Virus record (IMG/VR): IMGVR_UViG_3300025875_000069
Coordinates: 1 to 36,120 of that record
Reading direction: 5' to 3' (one strand)
Length of the DNA: 36,120 bases
Origin: a virus
Taxonomy: Duplodnaviria > Caudoviricetes
Below the pieces are notes generated by a model. It ran no database searches and was not told the DNA's origin. It saw only the letters and a list, made by a program, of their open reading frames with translations. Both the position numbers and the translations under genes were made by a program. Shown piece by piece: positions 34,373 to 36,120 of this stretch (within the stretch, counting starts at the first letter, position 1; each line of letters begins with the position of its first letter).

Positions 34373-34837
34373 GTGAGCGCACCCCTGAGCCAGTCCGTCG
34401 GAGCCGGCGGACTCGGCAGCGCCCAGATGGCCCAGCTGGCCCGGGACCTGCACCGGATGGGCCCCGCCGGACGGAAGGCGCTCCGCCGGCGGATGAAGGG
34501 CGTCGCCGGCCCACTGCTGGCCGACGCCCGGTCCCGAGCCGATTGGTCCACCCGGATCCCCGGCGCGATCAGCGTCCGCGCGATCGCCGACGAGAACCGC
34601 GGCCGCATCGGCGTGCAGCTACGCGTCTCGGCGAAGAAGGCGCCGCACGCCCGCGCCTACGAGGGCCTGGTGCACCCCACCTCCTTCCGGCACCCACTGT
34701 TCGGTGACCCCGACTCCTGGTGGACCCAGAGCACCCGGCCCTTCGCCGTCCCGGCCGTCCTGGCCAAGGCCGAGGACACCAAGCGCGCGGTGCTCGAGGC
34801 CTACGAAGACGCCGCCCGCGAGGCCGGCTTCCGCTGA
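34373..34837 (+). CDS. HK97 gp10-like neck/tail-completion protein (154 aa)
   Basis: AGGAGG RBS; APHARAYEG...FRHPLFGD...W.Q..RPF. Confidence 0.75.
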   Translation: MSAPLSQSVGAGGLGSAQMAQLARDLHRMGPAGRKALRRRMKGVAGPLLADARSRADWSTRIPGAISVRAIADENRGRIGVQLRVSAKKAPHARAYEGLVHPTSFRHPLFGDPDSWWTQSTRPFAVPAVLAKAEDTKRAVLEAYEDAAREAGFR

Positions 34838-34862
34838 CCCCACACCACGAGAGGAGCCTCTC

Positions 34863-35177
34863 GTGGCCCTGATCCGAGCGCACCACCCCGTGTACGGCAC
34901 CTGTCTGATCCCCGAGAGCCGGCTGCGGCTGCGCCCGGGGGAGTGGACGGTCGACTTCGACCCGGCCGAGCACACCGCCCGCGCCGTGATCGCCCACCTG
35001 CGCCGCTCCGCGCCGGATGAGCGCGACCGCGTGCTGGCGCTCGAGCGCACGGCCGCCAGGCCCCGCAAGACCGTCCTGGCCCTCACTCGTCACCCCAAGA
35101 CCCCGGTCGCCGTCGGCGCCGGTTCCCGCACCACCCCCACGGCCGGGGACGTCCCGGCCGAGACCCCGGAGGACTGA
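34863..35177 (+). CDS. Hypothetical protein (104 aa)
   Basis: GAGGAG RBS; FDPAEHT...VIAHL...ERDRVLALE...RKTVL. Confidence 0.65.
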   Translation: MALIRAHHPVYGTCLIPESRLRLRPGEWTVDFDPAEHTARAVIAHLRRSAPDERDRVLALERTAARPRKTVLALTRHPKTPVAVGAGSRTTPTAGDVPAETPED

Positions 35178-35179
35178 CC

Positions 35180-35668
35180 ATGACCAAGATCGCCGACGCC
35201 ACCGCCTTCTACCAGCCGGGCGTCTCCGAGATCGTCTTCATCGACGCGATCGCCGACCCCGACCTCAAGGCCACCGCCGAGGAGATCGAGGGCGGGCTGC
35301 GGCTGCTCAACGAGGTCTACGACGTGTCCGGCTTCTCGCAGTCGACGTCGTGGATCCCCCGCCGCCGCGCGAGCTCCCGCATCCGCACCCAGATCGCCGG
35401 CGCCACCGAGTTCGCGGGCTCCTCGATCATCTTCACGATGGACAAGGCGGGCAACGACGCGGCCGCCGAGTTCGAGGAGGAGCAGACCGGCTACCTGTAC
35501 TTCGCCGACCGCGGGCTGGTCACAGCCCTGCCCGCCGAGGTGTTCCAGGTCGAGGTCGGCGCCGTGGTGACCCTGCGGAACTACGACTCGGACTACCCGC
35601 GCATCCAGGTCGACTTCGGCATCAACCGCCGCGAGAAGGTCGTCATCCCGGCTCTCACCGCGGCATGA
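35180..35668 (+). CDS. Major tail (tube) protein (162 aa)
   Basis: GGAGG RBS; FIDAIAD...TAEEIEGG...VSGF; directly before the tail chaperones. Confidence 0.85.
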   Translation: MTKIADATAFYQPGVSEIVFIDAIADPDLKATAEEIEGGLRLLNEVYDVSGFSQSTSWIPRRRASSRIRTQIAGATEFAGSSIIFTMDKAGNDAAAEFEEEQTGYLYFADRGLVTALPAEVFQVEVGAVVTLRNYDSDYPRIQVDFGINRREKVVIPALTAA

Positions 35669-36120
35669 GCCTCGCGGCTCTGATCGAGGCCAAGTCGCGG
35701 CGGGTGGAGGCGCTCCCGATCCTGGTCGGGGACGCCTCCGCCGCCGCGGCGGAGGTCCAGCTGCACCGCGCCGCGCTACAGACCCAGCAGGCCACCGTGC
35801 GGCAGCTGCGGGAGTCCGGCGTCGAGCCGCCGGCCGACGCGGCCGAGCGGGAGACGCGGCTGCGGGCGAACCTCGCCGACGCTGTCGCTCGGATGGGCGC
35901 CACCGTCGTCGAGGTCAAGCTGCAGTCGCTGCCGCCGGACCAGTGGGACGCCGTCCTGGACCCGCTGGAGCCCGACGAGAGCGGCGAGTACGACCTGGAC
36001 GAGGTCCGGTCTGAGCTCGTCGCCGCCTCCGTCGTCGTCGATGACGAGGACGAGGCGCTGCGCACCCCGGCCTGGTGGGCGGCGCAGTTCGAGCGCCCCG
36101 AGTGGACCAAGGGCGAGAAG
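35665..36120 (+). CDS. Tail assembly chaperone (G-like), N-terminal part; continues at 128-196
   Basis: ATGA overlap with the major tail gene; MSLAALIEAKSRRVEALPILVGD... stays open to the window end. Confidence 0.85.
   Translation, partial: MSLAALIEAKSRRVEALPILVGDASAAAAEVQLHRAALQTQQATVRQLRESGVEPPADAAERETRLRANLADAVARMGATVVEVKLQSLPPDQWDAVLDPLEPDESGEYDLDEVRSELVAASVVVDDEDEALRTPAWWAAQFERPEWTKGEK
35994..36120 (+). repeat. Terminal overlap, copy 2
   Basis: Identical to 1-127. Confidence 0.95.

Overview
The window is a complete, circularly permuted genome of a temperate, very GC-rich siphovirus, probably of an actinobacterium. Bases 1-127 repeat exactly at 35994-36120, which gives a circle of about 35,993 bp. 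Read from the small terminase (~26.9 kb), the gene order is terminases, portal, HK97-type protease and capsid, neck, major tail, tail chaperones with a -1 frameshift (crossing the contig ends), tape measure, tail tip and lysis cassette. An accessory island follows at 10.5-13.1 kb, then a leftward integrase-to-repressor operon and a rightward early operon (Cro-like HTH, ParB-like, WhiB, replication initiator with internal iterons), and finally the right-arm genes and HNH. The attP core is a tRNA 3'-half, probably Lys, lying inside the repressor gene. Integration is predicted to create a TAA stop that removes a degradation-tag-like tail (integration-dependent immunity), and three extra genes sit between attP and int. 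The best candidates for undescribed biology are: (i) an IrrE/ImmA-type zinc peptidase coupled to a two-TM protein at the usual prophage-defence position; (ii) two small right-arm genes resembling catalytically dead pieces of a large-terminase ATPase; (iii) a degenerate MazG-like domain fused to an MbcA/ParS-like antitoxin domain; (iv) a parS-like palindrome repeated at distant sites, plus LexA- and PafBC-like damage-response promoters; (v) a bistable RNA-like structure between HNH and terS. All family calls come from motif recognition by eye; no searches were run.
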